Source of the DNA: Azolla caroliniana | Taxonomy: Eukaryota > Plantae > Polypodiophyta | DNA: 64,000 nucleotides | Reading direction: 5' to 3' | Assembly: GCA_043228905.1 (NCBI GenBank) | Contig: JBHGNT010000010.1 | Location: forward strand, 6,448,001-6,512,000 | Shown here: positions 1 to 12,972 of the stretch, piece after piece | How the letters are laid out: each line of letters opens with the position of its first letter | Numbering within the stretch: position 1 is the first letter of the stretch | Notes under the pieces: model-generated | Seen by the model: the letters and a program-made list of their open reading frames with translations, nothing else | Database searches by the model: none | What the model was told of the DNA's origin: nothing | Program-made: the position numbers and the translations under genes

Positions 1-22
1 ACGTGAAAGGCGGAAAGGGAGG

Positions 23-1033
23 ATGGAGTTGGAAGAAGACGACTTCGCGCAACTTTTTGTCGTAGCGGTGAGGGAGTTTGGACAAGCAACAGCAAGAAGA
101 GAGACAGCGCAACAAGCTGTCGAATGCGTGATCGAAAGAGTTGGCCGGTTCAACAGGGACAAAGTCCCCTTCTACTTGGAAGCCTACAACGCGGAAATGG
201 AGGAGCGAGACGTAGACAACACGTTGAGGCTGGAGTTCTTCTGTCGGATCGTCGTCGTCTGTATGCACGCGGAGGTGAAGGAGCTCCGAGAAGCTCATAG
301 TTCGTGGGAGGCCTTTGAAGAGGCGCTCCTACAGGCATATGGAGGACGACGGAAGAGCCGGTGACGACATGACTTCGACCAGTGGGTTGCATCGGCGAAG
401 ACCCACCGGGGTGCAATGAAGGCGTTCCGAGATTACGAGCAGCGGCTTGCTCGGCTCTCGGAGCGGGAACAAGGTTTGGTGGGGGCGGACAAAGTCCTGT
501 TGTTCGTTAAGTCGATCGACCGAGCGGAATGGGAGGCCATTGGGATTGAGCTCGAAGACGAGGACGGAGCGGATGGCCTCACCGAGGACTGGTCGAAGGT
601 CGGAAGGGTGTGCCAACGGCTAGATGACGAGCGGGCCGAGAAGGCAAAGGGGAAGGCGCGCGACGGCGTGCCATCACAGCGGGAAGAGGCCGAACGGCAA
701 AAGGAGTCGGCAAGGCTCGGCTTCGGGGCCAGGATTGCGGAGGCGTACACGGCTCTCGAGGCGAGGCTTGAGGAAGAGGAAAGATCGAGGCCGCAAGCCC
801 GCGCCAAGGAGCCGAACTTGCCCCACGAGATGGCGGAAGACCGGTACCACGGTACCACGGGAGAGGGTGCGAAACAAAACGCCCTCTCGACTTGCGGAGA
901 TAGAACGGCCGAGGACAAGGCCGAGATACCGATCGCAGAATCGGGATGCTGGGACCGGCGGTTTTGGGCAATGTCAGCCCGAAACCCCGGGCATTGGAGA
1001 AGTAAGCCCCGGTGGGGCTTGCGCAATCGGTAA
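23..1033 (+). pseudogene. gag: Disrupted gag remnant of element B
   Basis: Two consecutive ORFs homologous to the gag pieces at 42722-43060 and 48666-49517. Confidence 0.7.
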
Positions 1034-1729
1034 GGAGTCGACCACCGACCACGAAGAGCCGGTGGCTACGGACAAGCGCGTAAAACGGACAAGCGATTCT
1101 TCGTGTCTTCCCATGCTTGCTCCCAAGATGAGACTAGTCGGTCCCAAGTGCCCACGTGAGTCCCAAGAGGAGGAAGGCGGCGGCATGAGACTCAGAATCA
1201 CCGGCGAGACGATACAGGGAAGGACCGGACGAAAGCCCTTGGACCCGATTCTGGAGAACCCGGCATTCGGGCCCTTACGCCCATGTGAGACTGAGGAGAT
1301 GGATGACGGTGTCGAGGAGTCCTGGCACGATGTTAGCGAAGAAGGATCAGAAATGGCCCACGACAAGGATGACGAAGTGACCAAGAAACGACCCGACTGG
1401 GGACCGAACAGTGCGACGCTCCGATACGGGTGGAGCGTAATCCGGTCGTGGATTGTTTGATCAGGGCCAGAATCGGCATGAAGGTGCCGATACGGGAGGG
1501 GGTGCGGAACGAGCCGCCCTCTTTTACATGGGGAGAAAGACCGATCGGGCGAAGGTCGGGAAATGGAAGGAAGGTGATCAAAGGTTCAGAACGAGTCTGG
1601 CAAGGTCGGCATCGGAGCCGAAACTCCGGACATTGGAGAATCAAGCCCAGGCGGGGCTTGATTGATCACAGAGTGGATGCTTTCCACCGACACCACTAAA
1701 AGGGGCGGTGGCCCGGACGAGTCGCCGAG

Positions 1730-3800
1730 AGACGTTACGAAAACGGTTACCCCACATCTTGTCCGGAGACTTCGGCAGTTCGGCCGACATGGCAACGTGA
1801 GACCGAGGAGATGGAAGATGGAGGCGGGAACGCATCAAGGAGAGCGACGATGAGTTCGGGAGAAGTACAGGGGATGAAGAGGAGAACGAAGACCGGTCCT
1901 ACGGAGATCCTCACACTGATCCGGCTGTCGGCCCAAGTGCCGGCGTGAGTCCTATAGGAGAGGTCGGTGGCGACAGGAGAACGGGACCCGGCAATCCAGA
2001 GAATGACGAACGGACCCAGACGAGAACCAGGCGAAGCGGACTCCCGGATAACCATTCTGAGAGGGAGGAAGAGAGCAGGCCTACAGAGAGGCCGGGAACA
2101 CGGTACGTCAATGCCACGGGAGAGGGTGTGGAGCGAGCCACCCTCTCGGCTTGCGAAAGAAGGAAGACCGGGGATAAGGGTCAGAGATACGTCAAGCCCG
2201 AGGAGGATCCTTCACACCGGTTCTACAGACTCCGGCGGTCGGCCCGAAAGCCGGCGTGAGACCTAGAGTGACGATCGGTGGCGGCGAGGGGATGAAGGTG
2301 AAGAACTACGGACGGGCAGTCTACGAAATCCTCACACCGATCCGGCGGTCGGCCCGAGAGCCGGCGTGAGTCCTATAGGAGAGATCGGTGGCGGTAGGTG
2401 AACGTGACAAGACGGCGAGTGGTGCTGCAGCGACCTTACACACACCGGTTCTAGAGATCTGGTGGTTGGTCCGAGAGCCGGCGTGAGACCTAGAGTGAAG
2501 AACGGTGGCGGCGGCAAGGCGGGCAAACCGAGGTCCCACGAAGATCCTCACACCGATCCGGCGGTTGGCCCGAGAGCCAGCATGAGTCCTATAGGAAAGG
2601 ACGGTGGCGGCAGGTGAACGTGATTGGACGACGGAAAGCAAAGAAGGAAGGTATCAGGCCGGCGAAGCAGCTACGAACCGAATTGGACCTACCGGCAAGG
2701 TCACGGGCATAAGGAAGTCCGGTCCTACGGGATCCCCACACCAAACCGGAGACTCCGGCAGTTCGACCAGCGTGGCAACGTGGCAATGTGAGACCTCGGG
2801 AGAAGGCTGGTGGCGGCGGGAAATGGGACCCATTTACGCGGAAGACACGAGGAGAGTCTGGGAGGGACTCAAACAAAAGACACCTGAATTTCGGCAAGCA
2901 ATGAAACGAAGATCGGTCCTATGGGATCTTCACACCGGTTCCGGAGACGCTGGTTGTTCGGCCAACGTGGCAACGTAAGACCAAGGGAGAAGGAAGGTGG
3001 CGGCAAGGAACGGGACCCGGCATCAACAAAAGCCTTCAAGACAGAAGTTGTCTTACCGGCCAGTTACGGTTTTAGAAGGAGCCGGTAAGGGCAAGTACGG
3101 GGAGGTGTGTCGGGCCGGAAAGGCACACCTGGATCGGAACAAGAGTCGTGCACGTGGCCGTCGCGGGCTAGATCGAAGCGTGACTACGGGACGGTGTTCG
3201 GCACGGGCGGTGCCGAACAAAGGAAGCGGAAGACGGCACAAGGGAGGTGCGAGAATCGAGAAGACGGGAGCGCAGTAGACTGCGCAGGGTCGGAGTCCAG
3301 AGATGACAAAAGAGACCGGAGGAGGATCCTCCACACTCGCTTCGTAAATCTCGGCAACTGAGTCAGAGTAGCAAAGGCTGGCGCGGCAAGCCCGAGATGA
3401 CAAGTTGGTGGGGCCGAGGGGACGACGGCAAGAGGAAGACTCAAGACCTGTTGCAGCAACGCAAGATGGAAAGGGCCAAGCGGGCTACTACGGGGTGTGC
3501 CTTGGAAGTGGAGGACACTGGTATGCGGATGAGCGGCGATGCACGATCTGGCCGGAAAAGGGTCGACGACACGTGCAAAGAACCGGAGTGCGGCACAGGC
3601 GGTGCCAAACAACGGACGAGGATACGCTGCACACGGAGGTGCCGGAGCGGACAGGCAAGCACGAAGATGGGTTGTGCGGTTCGGAGGTAGCGCGTAGAAG
3701 GCCAAAGAAGGATCCTCCACACCGTTCCGGAGACGTTGGCGGTTCGAGCCGACATGGCGATGTAAGACCAAGGAGAAGGAAGGTGGCGGCGAGAGGACGA
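1730..3800 (+). repeat. Array of roughly ten diverged GC-rich ~70-bp modules (gatcctcacaccgatccggcggtcggcccgagagccggcgtgag...ggtggcggc) inside element B
   Basis: Copies are visible near 1906, 2206, 2327, 2440, 2542, 2730, 2923, 3325 and 3710, separated by variable sequence. Confidence 0.75.
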
Positions 3801-4168
3801 TGGCAATGCGAAACAACATGGGACGGCAATCAGGGCAACGCAAACGGCAATGTACTGAGGCCAAGAGGGTTGTTACGGGCGCTCCTCAAGCGGAGGACCC
3901 CGAACTTACGGCGGATAGCAGAGCGTGCATTCGGCCAAGTGGAGGGCCAACAACGAAGTACGCATGCTACAGGGTCACAACGAACGACCTATTGATGGGT
4001 CGAATGGGCCTACGGAGAGGCGAGCGCACGATGATGAACCGAACCCGGGCAACGAGGACGACCGGTTTGAAGCGAATGGCGATCCGGACGACGAAGGGTA
4101 AGCGCGGGCCGGTCTTCTCCGGTCTATTTTGGCGCATATCAGTGGATACGCGGTTAGGCGGGGGCGGA

Positions 4169-5014
4169 TGTCGTGGAGAAAACCGTCCCTAGGAGGAATC
4201 GGAGAATTTTGGGAGAATCGGCGGTGTGCACCATGTGCACCCCCCTTTGTAGAAATGTGTGAATAGTAGGAGTCAAGTCGGGACAGAGAATCCCATGTAA
4301 GTCGGGATTTATCCCACATTGTAACGCATCCCTCTCCTTGTTCTATAAAAGGAAGGGAGCGCCCTTTGTGAAAGGGTTGCCCATTTTGAGTCGTAAGGGT
4401 ATATCATTTGTGTTTCTTTCTAGGGTTAGCTACATTCTTCTTTCTCCTTCATTTCTTTTCTTCTCCTTCTCGAGGAGTCGAGCAATAGCTATGACGACAA
4501 GCTATTAGGTTAGTTTCTCTTCTTCTGTGCGTAGCCGGCTCGGGGCCGTGGTTGTATCCCCCCCCCCCCTTTTTTCTTTTAGGTTTGCTTTTGCCCGGTC
4601 CTGTGCAAGACCCCGCTCGGCGTGACAGCCCGTGAGCTCCCCGACCGGCGGCTTGGCAACCGACTACAGTTGTAACCTACCTTGGTCCGGCTCGAAGCCG
4701 GGGTTGTATTCTTTCCCTTGTAATATACATGATCATATATGTTTGTGCATAATGGTGTCTCTATTGGTGCCGGGTGCATAGGCCCCTCCTTTGTTTTGAC
4801 TGTACATAAAAGTCAGTGTCACGCGCATGCTCTCCCTCTCTTCCTCTCTCGCGTTTGGTAGCCACCGGTACGCGTCCGGAATCGCTCCGGTTCGCGCCAC
4901 AACCAGTGCATCCGGGACCGGAGAGATGTCTGCTTCCGACACCCCATCACTTCCTCGTCTGAGATCCCCGTGGTCCCGCCCCTCTTCTACACGCACGCGC
5001 ATAACCACGCGACA
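4169..5014 (+). repeat. 3' LTR of element B
   Basis: TGTCGTGG...CGCGACA termini, PPT immediately upstream, TATA-like ctataaaagg at ~4343, and homology to the solo LTR at 55620-56325. Confidence 0.85.
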
Positions 5015-8000
5015 GCGTTCTTTGCGAGGTGGATGGCACTTTGATTGTCGCAGTAGAGCCAGAATTCCTCCTGCCGAAACCCTATCTCTCCAATGAAGTC
5101 CTTCATCCAAATTACCTCTTTACCGGCTTCCACGACCACCATGTACTCCGCTTCCGTTGGTGATAATGCAACGGACTTCTGCAGCCTCGACTGCCACAAT
5201 ACGGCTCCCCTGGCATATGTCATAACATATCCGCATGGGAGTTGACCGGTTGGTATCCGCATCAGCCGACATATCCGAATCCGTGAATCCTTCGAGTTGG
5301 GGTTTTCTGGAGCCGACTCAGAGGCACATACTCGAGGTGCGTTTCAAGTACCGGAGTATCCACTTAACGGCGGTCCAGTGTTCTCTTCCTGGATTGCTCA
5401 TGAACCAGTTGACAACTCCGACATCGTATCTGATATCCAGCTAGGTACACACAATTGCATACATCACGCTTCCGACGACAGAGGCATATGGTATCTTCAT
5501 CATCTCTGACTTCTCTACCTTCATCCTCGAACTTTGCTTTCCGGACAGCTTGCAATTTGCCGAGAGTGTCGACCAGACTGGCTTGGCATCCGACATGTTG
5601 AACCGTTGAAGCACCTTTGTCACGTACTTCTCTTGTGACAACCACAATAGCTTCTTCATTCGATCCCGAACTATGTGCATCCCAAATATCTTTCGTGCCG
5701 GACCCAAATCTTTCATTGAGAAGGTCTGGTTCAAGGCCTTCTTTAGATTCCCAATTTTAGTTCGGTCCGGTTCGACAATCAGCATGTCATCCACATATAC
5801 GAGTATCAAGAAGTCTCCTCCGTCGAACTTCTTCACAAATACGCGTCTTGTAATATCCTTGATCGGTCATGAATGAGTCGAACTTCTGATACCAATGCTG
5901 GGGAGCTTGCTTCAATCCATATAAGCTCTTCTTCAACCAACATACCAAGTGCTCCTTCCCTTTCTTGACAAATCCTTTTGTTTGTTGCATGTAGATCTCT
6001 TCTTCAAGGTCGCCATGTAGGAACGTCGTCTTGACATCTAGTTTCTCTACCTCGAGGTCCATGCTTGCCGTTCAGATGGACGTCATCTTGACTATCGGGG
6101 CAAAGATCTCGTTGAAATCCACTTCTTTCTTCTGTTGAAACCCCTTCACCATGATCCGAGCTTTTTACCTTGGTGCATTTCCGGCGTCTCCTGGTTTCAG
6201 CTTGTACACCCACTTGTTCCGGAGCACTCTCTTTCCTTTCGGCAACTCCATCAATTCATATGTGTGGTTCTCATGCAAGGAATCCATCTCGTCCTGCATA
6301 GCACTTAACCACTTGTGGTTGTGGGTGTCATTCTTTGCTTCTTCGAAGCTTTTCGGCTCCCCCTCGTCGGTCAGTAGCACATGCTCTGCATCGGGAAATG
6401 TCCGGGGGAGCCTTCTCTCTCTGAGAGGATATCTCCGTCCTTGATTTTCAACCACCGGTTCCTCTGTTTGTTCCAAATCTAAATCAAATTTGGGGTCCTG
6501 ACCGGTTCCAGTGTACGATTCTTCTTCTTCGATCGGTTCGGTCTCTTGTCTGAATCATGTCGGTTCTACGAGTGTCCAACTTCCGGTCGGTTCTGTGAGT
6601 CCTTGCATCTCTTTCTATTGACCCGGAGTTCGCTATCTTCTTCTCCAACTCCCAGTCAGATATTGTGATGTCTTCCATGAAGACTATGTCTCGACTACGG
6701 AAGACCTTCTTGTCGACCAAGTTCCACACCCAGTAGCCGAACTCATCATCGTCGTATCCAAGGAATATGCATGGGCGGGATTTCAGATCCACTTTCGCAC
6801 TCTTGTCCTTTGCTACATGCATGTAGGCGAGACACCCGAACACCTTCAGATGCCGGTAAGATACATCTTTACCGGTCCATGCTCTCTACGGTGTGTCTCT
6901 GTCCAAGGGTGCTGAGGGTGATCTGTTTATCACATAGGTCGTCGTCATCAGGGCCTCAACCCAAAACTTCTTGGGTAACTTAGCATGTGCAAGCATGCTT
7001 CGGACTCTCTCCATTATGGTCCAATTAATCCTTTCAGCCAGCCCGTTCAGTTCCGACGTCTTCAGCACAGTGAATTCAAGACGGATTCCCTTCGACCGAC
7101 AATACTCCTCGAACTGCCCCTAATATTCTCCTCCATTTTCGGCTTGAACCGCCTTCAACTTCCAACCAGTTTCCCTTTCCACTCTCACATGGAAGTCCTT
7201 GAAGACGGATAATACCTAGTTCTTCATCTTCAACGGTGAGACCCACAGCTTCCGGTTGTGGTCGTCTATGAACGTCACGAAGTACGGCGATCTGGCATGT
7301 GACTTCATGTCCACTTGGCATACATCGGTATGCACAAGTTCCAGCGGTGCATTCCGCCTCATCAGTGGTCTTGACCAGAAAGAGGTTCGGTTTTGCTTGT
7401 TGGCCAAGCAATCAATGCACTTCTCAAGATGCACGTCTTTCATCTCCGGAATGAGGTTATCTACGGCAAGTCTTCTCATCCCTTTCTGGCTCATGTGACA
7501 CAACCTCTTGTGCCATAGCTCACCGGCATTTTTGGATGCCACATTCACCTCCTCCCGGCAAATCCCAGAATGCATCAGGTATAGAGTGTTGATTTTTCGG
7601 GCTCGAGCCACGATTAGGCTCCCATTGCAAAACTTCATGACTCCGTTCTGGATGCTACCCATGTAGCCATGGGTAGCCTTCATCATCTAGCCGATCAGCT
7701 GATATCAGGTTCAACCAAACCTCCGGAACGTGTCGGACATCCTTCAACAACAGCTTGCACCCGGTTGATGTCGTCAACCACACATCTCCTATGCCGGTGA
7801 GCTTGAATATGTCCCTCATCTTCGACTTCCACACTGGATAGTTGGAGCCGATGAGCTTGAACATGCTTTTGAATGACTCTTCCATTTTCTTCAAGGTTTA
7901 GAACCTTGTTCTGATACCAGTTTGTGAGGAATAGCGCTCGACAACAACCGAATCATACACTTAATGGAAGAACAAAACAAGTCTTAAAACACTTCCAGTT

Positions 8001-8181
8001 GGGCAACAGAGAAGATACATGATGTTTACGTGGAAAACCCTAATAGGGAAAAACCAAGGAAGCCTACCGACTTCAACTATCGCTATAAGGTGAAGATACA
8101 ATGCGAGACTCAGAGGCAACGACCTCTAGCCCTATATCTCCGCCAACCGACGGTTACAACAGAAAAGCTTTATGTATCTCA

Positions 8182-8227
<46 letters not shown>

Positions 8228-8483
8228 CTCTCTCAGTCTATACATTTGTAATAATAACAACTCTAACAACTACCCACAAGTGGTTTCCCTAAGTCATATT
8301 TATACTTATATGACTTTAGGGCTATTTACAAATATGGCCATGACAAGCCCTTTAGAAACATATTTACAGATATGTCCCTGGATCTAGTTCACACCGGATT
8401 GATCCGGATATCTTCCGGATCCGTCCGATCCGGCTCCTTCGGTTTTCATCCGGATCCCATCCAGAGGGACCAAATTCCCAACA
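5015..8483 (-). mobile_element. Degenerate Ty1/Copia element 'A' (gag start, protease, integrase, RT, RNase H fragments; 5' LTR 7923-8483)
   Basis: Minus-strand ORF fragments carry Copia motifs (WHKRLCHMS, LELVHTDV, NGLAERIN, LHGDLEEEIYM, LKKSLYGLKQAP, YVDDML, YCDNQSAIHLAKN). A tRNA-iMet-type PBS (tggtatcagaac) lies at 7908-7919. LTR termini are TG...CA. Many stops and frameshifts. Confidence 0.92.
7923..8483 (-). repeat. 5' LTR of Copia A, containing a (CT)n tract
   Basis: tgtgaggaa...ttcccaaca inverted termini adjacent to the PBS. Confidence 0.85.
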
Positions 8484-8905
8484 CATCTCTATCTATCTAT
8501 CTATCTTCAATAGTTTCTCGCTTATGCTAGTAAAACATTGATCCTTCCGGTCTAGGACCTCAACAGTCCCGCTTCATTATCTTGAACAATCCTTTTGATC
8601 CTCCATCACCACTTGTAGATAGAGGCCCAATGCTTGTTTGCGCACATGTCACATGCACATTGCAACGTGCTTCGCGACATCGTTTTGGTGAACCCAACGT
8701 GAACAACACAAGGTGGTAATGGAGGCATCACAAATGATGGATTTGGTCTTGCCTTCTTACGACTTAACATCTATAAGAATAGAAGGTGGTCTAAGGCTCG
8801 TAATCCTTCCATTTGTAAGGAAGGCCATTGAAATGATGTAGCATGATGATAAGGATAGAGCGATGGAGTATCTCGAGTTGGCAAGGCAATTCGAAAGACT
8901 ATATC

Positions 8906-10030
8906 AAGAAGTTCCGAATTGGTATGAAGCAATTATGACATCAAGATTCAGGCCTCAACCTTTTCATGATGATGAAGATGAAGATGATCGAAATCGTTGT
9001 AGTTACGGTCATGAAGAGACATGTGACGAAGAACATGGATTTGAAGGGAGAGATCGTGATCGACCTACCTATGGTCATCATGAATATCGTTGCAAACTCA
9101 AGAGAAGAGAGAGATGCGATGAAGAAGGATGTGATCGTGAAGAGACATCAAGTTCCGAATTGGTATGAAGCAGTTATGACATCAAGATTCAGGCCTCAAC
9201 CTTTTCATGATGACAAAGATGAAGATGATCGAAATCGTTGTAGTTACGGTCATGAAGAGACATGTGACGAAGAACATGGATTTGAAGGGAGAGATCGTGA
9301 TCGACCTACCTATGGTCATCATGAATATCGTTGCAAACTCAAGAGAAGAGAGAGATGCGATGAAGAAGGATGTGATCGTGAAGAGACATGCCACAAAGAT
9401 CGTGGGTTCAAGACAAAAGATCAAGATATTCGAGGATGCAATCGTGAAGAGAAATGCAATGAAGAACATGGGCTCAAGAGGAAAGATCGAGATATTCGAG
9501 GATGTGATCGTGAAGAGACATGTGATGAAGAACATGCCAGGCTGAAAACAGAAGAACGAGATATTCGAGGATGCAGTCATGAAGAAGAACGTGGACTTGA
9601 CAAGAGAGATCGATATGTTCACAGTTGCGATCTTTGAGGCATGCAACAAATATCAAGGTATCAAGATCTACATGCCTATGATCATTATGAAGATCGTTGC
9701 AAAATCGAAAAAAGAGAGACATGTGATGAAGAACGTGGTCTTGAAGGGCGAGATCATGATTGACATACCTATGGTCCTCATGAGAAAATCAAGAGAAGAG
9801 AGAGATGTGAGGAAGAAGGATCTGATCATGAAGAGACACGTGATGAAGAACGTGGGCTTGAGAAGGAAGATCAAGAAGGATGCGATTGTGAAGAGACATG
9901 CAACGGAAAACGTGAGCTTGCAGAGAAAGATCGAAATCTACACGGTTATGATCAAGACAAAGATCATTGCAAACTCACAAGGAGTGCTCGAGATCTACAA
10001 GGTTATGATCGTGACAAAGATTATTGTAAC
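8906..10030 (+). repeat. Purine-rich repeat array in element C, including a near-perfect 241-bp tandem duplication
   Basis: agttccgaattggtatgaagc occurs at 8910 and 9151. The motif gatcgtgaagagacatgtgatgaagaac recurs many times. Confidence 0.85.
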
Positions 10031-10225
10031 CATAAGAAGAAAGGAAAGAAGTGATTATGAGGACTACCCATGGGAACGAAGGGAAAGATGCATAGAGATG
10101 GTGGGATATTCAACTAAACAGAGGAGGTCGTATTGCCAACATTTCCATCTCCCATCTCAAAGAAAAGGATTGGCCAATTCGAAGAAGCACCTGGTTTTTA
10201 GATTCGGTTTGACAAGACACATCGA

Positions 10226-10546
10226 GTGCATCCCAAGATAATCGAAGAAGAAGGTTGGGTATTGGTCTACGACAGTAGCCTTGACAACCAACACAGGACG
10301 ACAAGAGAGTTCGCAAGAAGGTGGTTCAGATCGTATGTGGTGACAAGTGTCAACGACAATGCCACCTACCACCTCACGGAGGTAGACGGATCGAGGTTGG
10401 CCATACCCGTTGTGGGAAAGAGAGTAAAGATGTTCAAGAAAAGACAAGATGAGGGTCCTGACCTCAATGACCTCAAAAATGAAGATAGTAAGGCGGAACC
10501 CACAAACATGAGCGAGGTCAACGAGGACGTCGAGGAAATTGATTGA
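10226..10546 (+). pseudogene. Integrase C-terminal (GPY/F-region) remnant of element C
   Basis: WVLVYDSSLDNQHRTTREFARRWF..Y..ATYHL.EVDG.RLAIPVVGKRVKMFKKR matches the C-terminus of ORF 51933-52934 (WVLVYDNSLDNQYSTIRKFAKRWFGPY...IPIAGKRIKIFKRR). Confidence 0.85.
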
Positions 10547-12108
10547 TCACCATAGCCGAAATCTCACACTCTCTTCTTGGCACGTACCGAAGGACATGCG
10601 GTTTGGTGGGGGTGGATGTCATGAAGATTTTCAGCAACGGTGTGAAAATCGCGTGGAACAAACAAAATCGGGAAGGTGCAATGTGCACACGAATGAAAGA
10701 GGTTACACTCGTATGTTAGCATGTTGTAAATATGAATGAAATGAGAACCGGGAAAAGAAAGGCTAGATGTAAGGTTAAACATGTGTAAATGTGATGATGT
10801 ACGCGCATTACACAAACACTTGAAAATAAGCTTAGGGCCTAATGACTTTTTCTTGCATACTGTGCAAGTAAGGATGCACCTCCAAGATAGGAGACAACTA
10901 ACTTATCACTAAGCTAAGTTGTTTCTTTAAACTTTATTCATTGTATTTTTCACATGTAAATTCTTGACATACATGAGAGCTTGAATGAGTGACATGGTCA
11001 TCATGCATCACGTGTGATGCATGATCGCGAAATGGCAATCATGCATTGTATGCATGTCTTGTACTCTCACATGCATCATATGCATGGGGCCATGTATAAA
11101 ACAAAGGAAGAAAGAGAAAAGAAGAAAGCGATGTACTGAATCAAGAAATTGTTAATAAAAAATTTAGTTATCCTATTGGTGATGTATCTTGTTTCTCAAA
11201 TTTGAAGTCAAGTGTTCAATCTTAGAATTGGAATCTCCCTCTCAATCTATCTATCTATCTTCAATAGTTTCTCCCTAATGCTAGTAAAACATTGAGTCCT
11301 TCCGGGCCAGGACTCGACAATCCCGCTTCATTATCTTGAACGATCCTTTCGATCCTCCATCACCACTTGCGGATAGAGGCCCGATGCTTGTCCGTGCACA
11401 TGTGACACGCACATTGCGACATTTGGCACGTGTGTCACGTGCTTTGCGACACCGGTTAGTGGCGAAAAGATATGTGCAGACCCATGGAATCGATTATGAC
11501 AAGACCTTTGCTCCGATAGCGAAGATGACGGCAGTTCATGTGGTGCTAGCGGTTGCTACGGCAAGGGGGATGGCATCTTCACCAGATGGACGCGAAGAAT
11601 GTGTTTCTTCAAGGTGACCTTGAAGAACAGGTCTACATGATCCAGTCCCGATGAACGCGTCGGCAATGTGCCGACTCAAGAAGTCGCTTTACGGCCTAAA
11701 GCAAGCTCCCCATGCTTGGAATTTGGAAATCACGCACCGGTTGCGTAAGATGGGGTTTGTGGCCTCCAAGTCTGGCTCCTTGTTGTTCATCCAGAGAGGT
11801 CTGGAAGGTTGGATATGTATCTTGCTATATGTGGATTATCTAGTCATCATCGGACCCAGACTCGTTGAATTGGCCAAGTGGAGTCCCAGTTGTTGGATGC
11901 ATTCGAAATGAAGGACCTGCGGGACCTTCATTACTTCCTCGGGATCAAATTGATCCACACTATTATACTGACACGGTATAACCAAAAAGCTAGTCGGTTA
12001 TATCGATGCCGATTGGGCCAGTGACACATCAGATCATCGGTCCACTTCCGATTATATGTTCTCTCTCGGGAGCGTGGTTGTTGCATGGAGCAACAAAAAG
12101 CAACCAAC

Positions 12109-12972
12109 TGTTGGGAGACAGGTCCCTCCGGATGGCAAGGGAGAAGAACAGTGCCGACAAACAAACTCGGCCGAGGCCGAATCCGTATGAGGTGGACCCG
12201 GCTACGGAGAGCCGGATGATACAGGCCTGGTGAGAACCGGATGAGGAGTACCCGGTTACGGAGAACCGGATGGTGCAGACCCGATATGAACCGGATGAGG
12301 AGTACTCGGCTACGGAGAGCCGGATGATACAGGCCCAGTATGAACCGGATGAGGAGTACCCGGCTACGGAGAGCCGGATGATACAGGCCCGGTATGAACC
12401 GGATGAGGAGTACCCGGCTACGGAGAGCCGGATGATACAGGCCCGGTATGAACCGGATGAGGAGTACCCGGCTACGGAGAGCCGGATGACGCAGACCCGG
12501 TGAGAACCGGAGGAGGAGACATATTCGTAAATATGTTTCTGAGAGCCCATCGAGGCTATATTAGTAAATAGCCGAAAGGTCATATTAGTATAAATATGAC
12601 TTAGGGCAAACTTTTAGAGTTGTTGTCATTTTCTATTTTGCACGAGATCAGAGTGCGTAACTGTACAGAGAGAGAGAGAGAGATCGAGGTCGCTGCCTCT
12701 GTTGTAACCGCTGCCTGTGGCGAAGATCGTGAGCACGAGGTTGTTGCCTCCGTGGACTCACTGTTTTTTGTACATTCTTACATAGTGACAGTTTGCAGCC
12801 TGTGGACTGCCGTGGTTTTTCCACTAGTTTGGGGTTTTCCACATAAACCTCTTGTGTAGTGTGTGTGTATCTTCCTCTCCTTTGTGTCGTGTTTTATTTC
12901 CCGTTTTCTGTGTATCATTCTACACTCGGTTGTGGCCGAGCGTCGCGCATAAGGATCGTTGTGTTCCCGTCA
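12109..12972 (+). mobile_element. Solo Copia LTR (same family as Copia J) inserted in Copia D
   Basis: TG...CA termini with a perfect 5-bp TSD ccaac (12104-12108 / 12973-12977). Its 3' part is the reverse complement of 60956-61171. Confidence 0.92.
12180..12518 (+). repeat. 54-bp tandem minisatellite (6 units plus a partial) in the LTR U3
   Basis: Unit gaaccggatgaggagtacccggctacggagagccggatgatacaggcccggtat, head to tail with no spacers. Confidence 0.95.

Larger units (their letters stand above)
1..5014 (+). mobile_element. Non-autonomous Ty3/Gypsy (Phygy-like) LTR element 'B'; 5' end lies outside the window
   Basis: Gag-like ORFs 23-364 and 416-1033 align by eye with the gag of element K (RVGRF..YNAEM..WEAFEEALL vs RVGIF..YNEEM..WATFERALL; DKVLLF..GLTEDW vs DKVILF..GLTEDW). 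No RT or RNase H is present. A G-rich PPT (ggcgggggcgga) precedes TGTCG at 4169. The element interrupts a Copia RNase H region at 5015. Confidence 0.8.
8484..11451 (+). mobile_element. Non-autonomous Phygy-like Gypsy element 'C' (5' LTR remnant 8484-8679, 3' LTR 10617-11451)
   Basis: 8484-8679 matches ~11243-11451. PBS tggtgaacccaacgtgaa at 8686-8703 and PPT ggtgggggtgga before TGTCA at 10617. An integrase C-terminal remnant is present but no RT. The 5' LTR is interrupted by Copia A. Confidence 0.85.

Noticed and set aside
1730-3800. Repeat-spacer pattern resembling CRISPR or a ribozyme array
   Set aside because: Repeats are long, diverged and irregularly spaced. No hammerhead core (CTGA.GA...GAAA) was seen by eye.
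150-4319. Numerous overlapping ORFs on both strands in element B
   Set aside because: Expected from high GC content and repeats; only the gag-like frames show homology.
12180-12518. CRISPR-like array
   Set aside because: Head-to-tail units with no unique spacers, located inside a plant LTR, and no cas genes.
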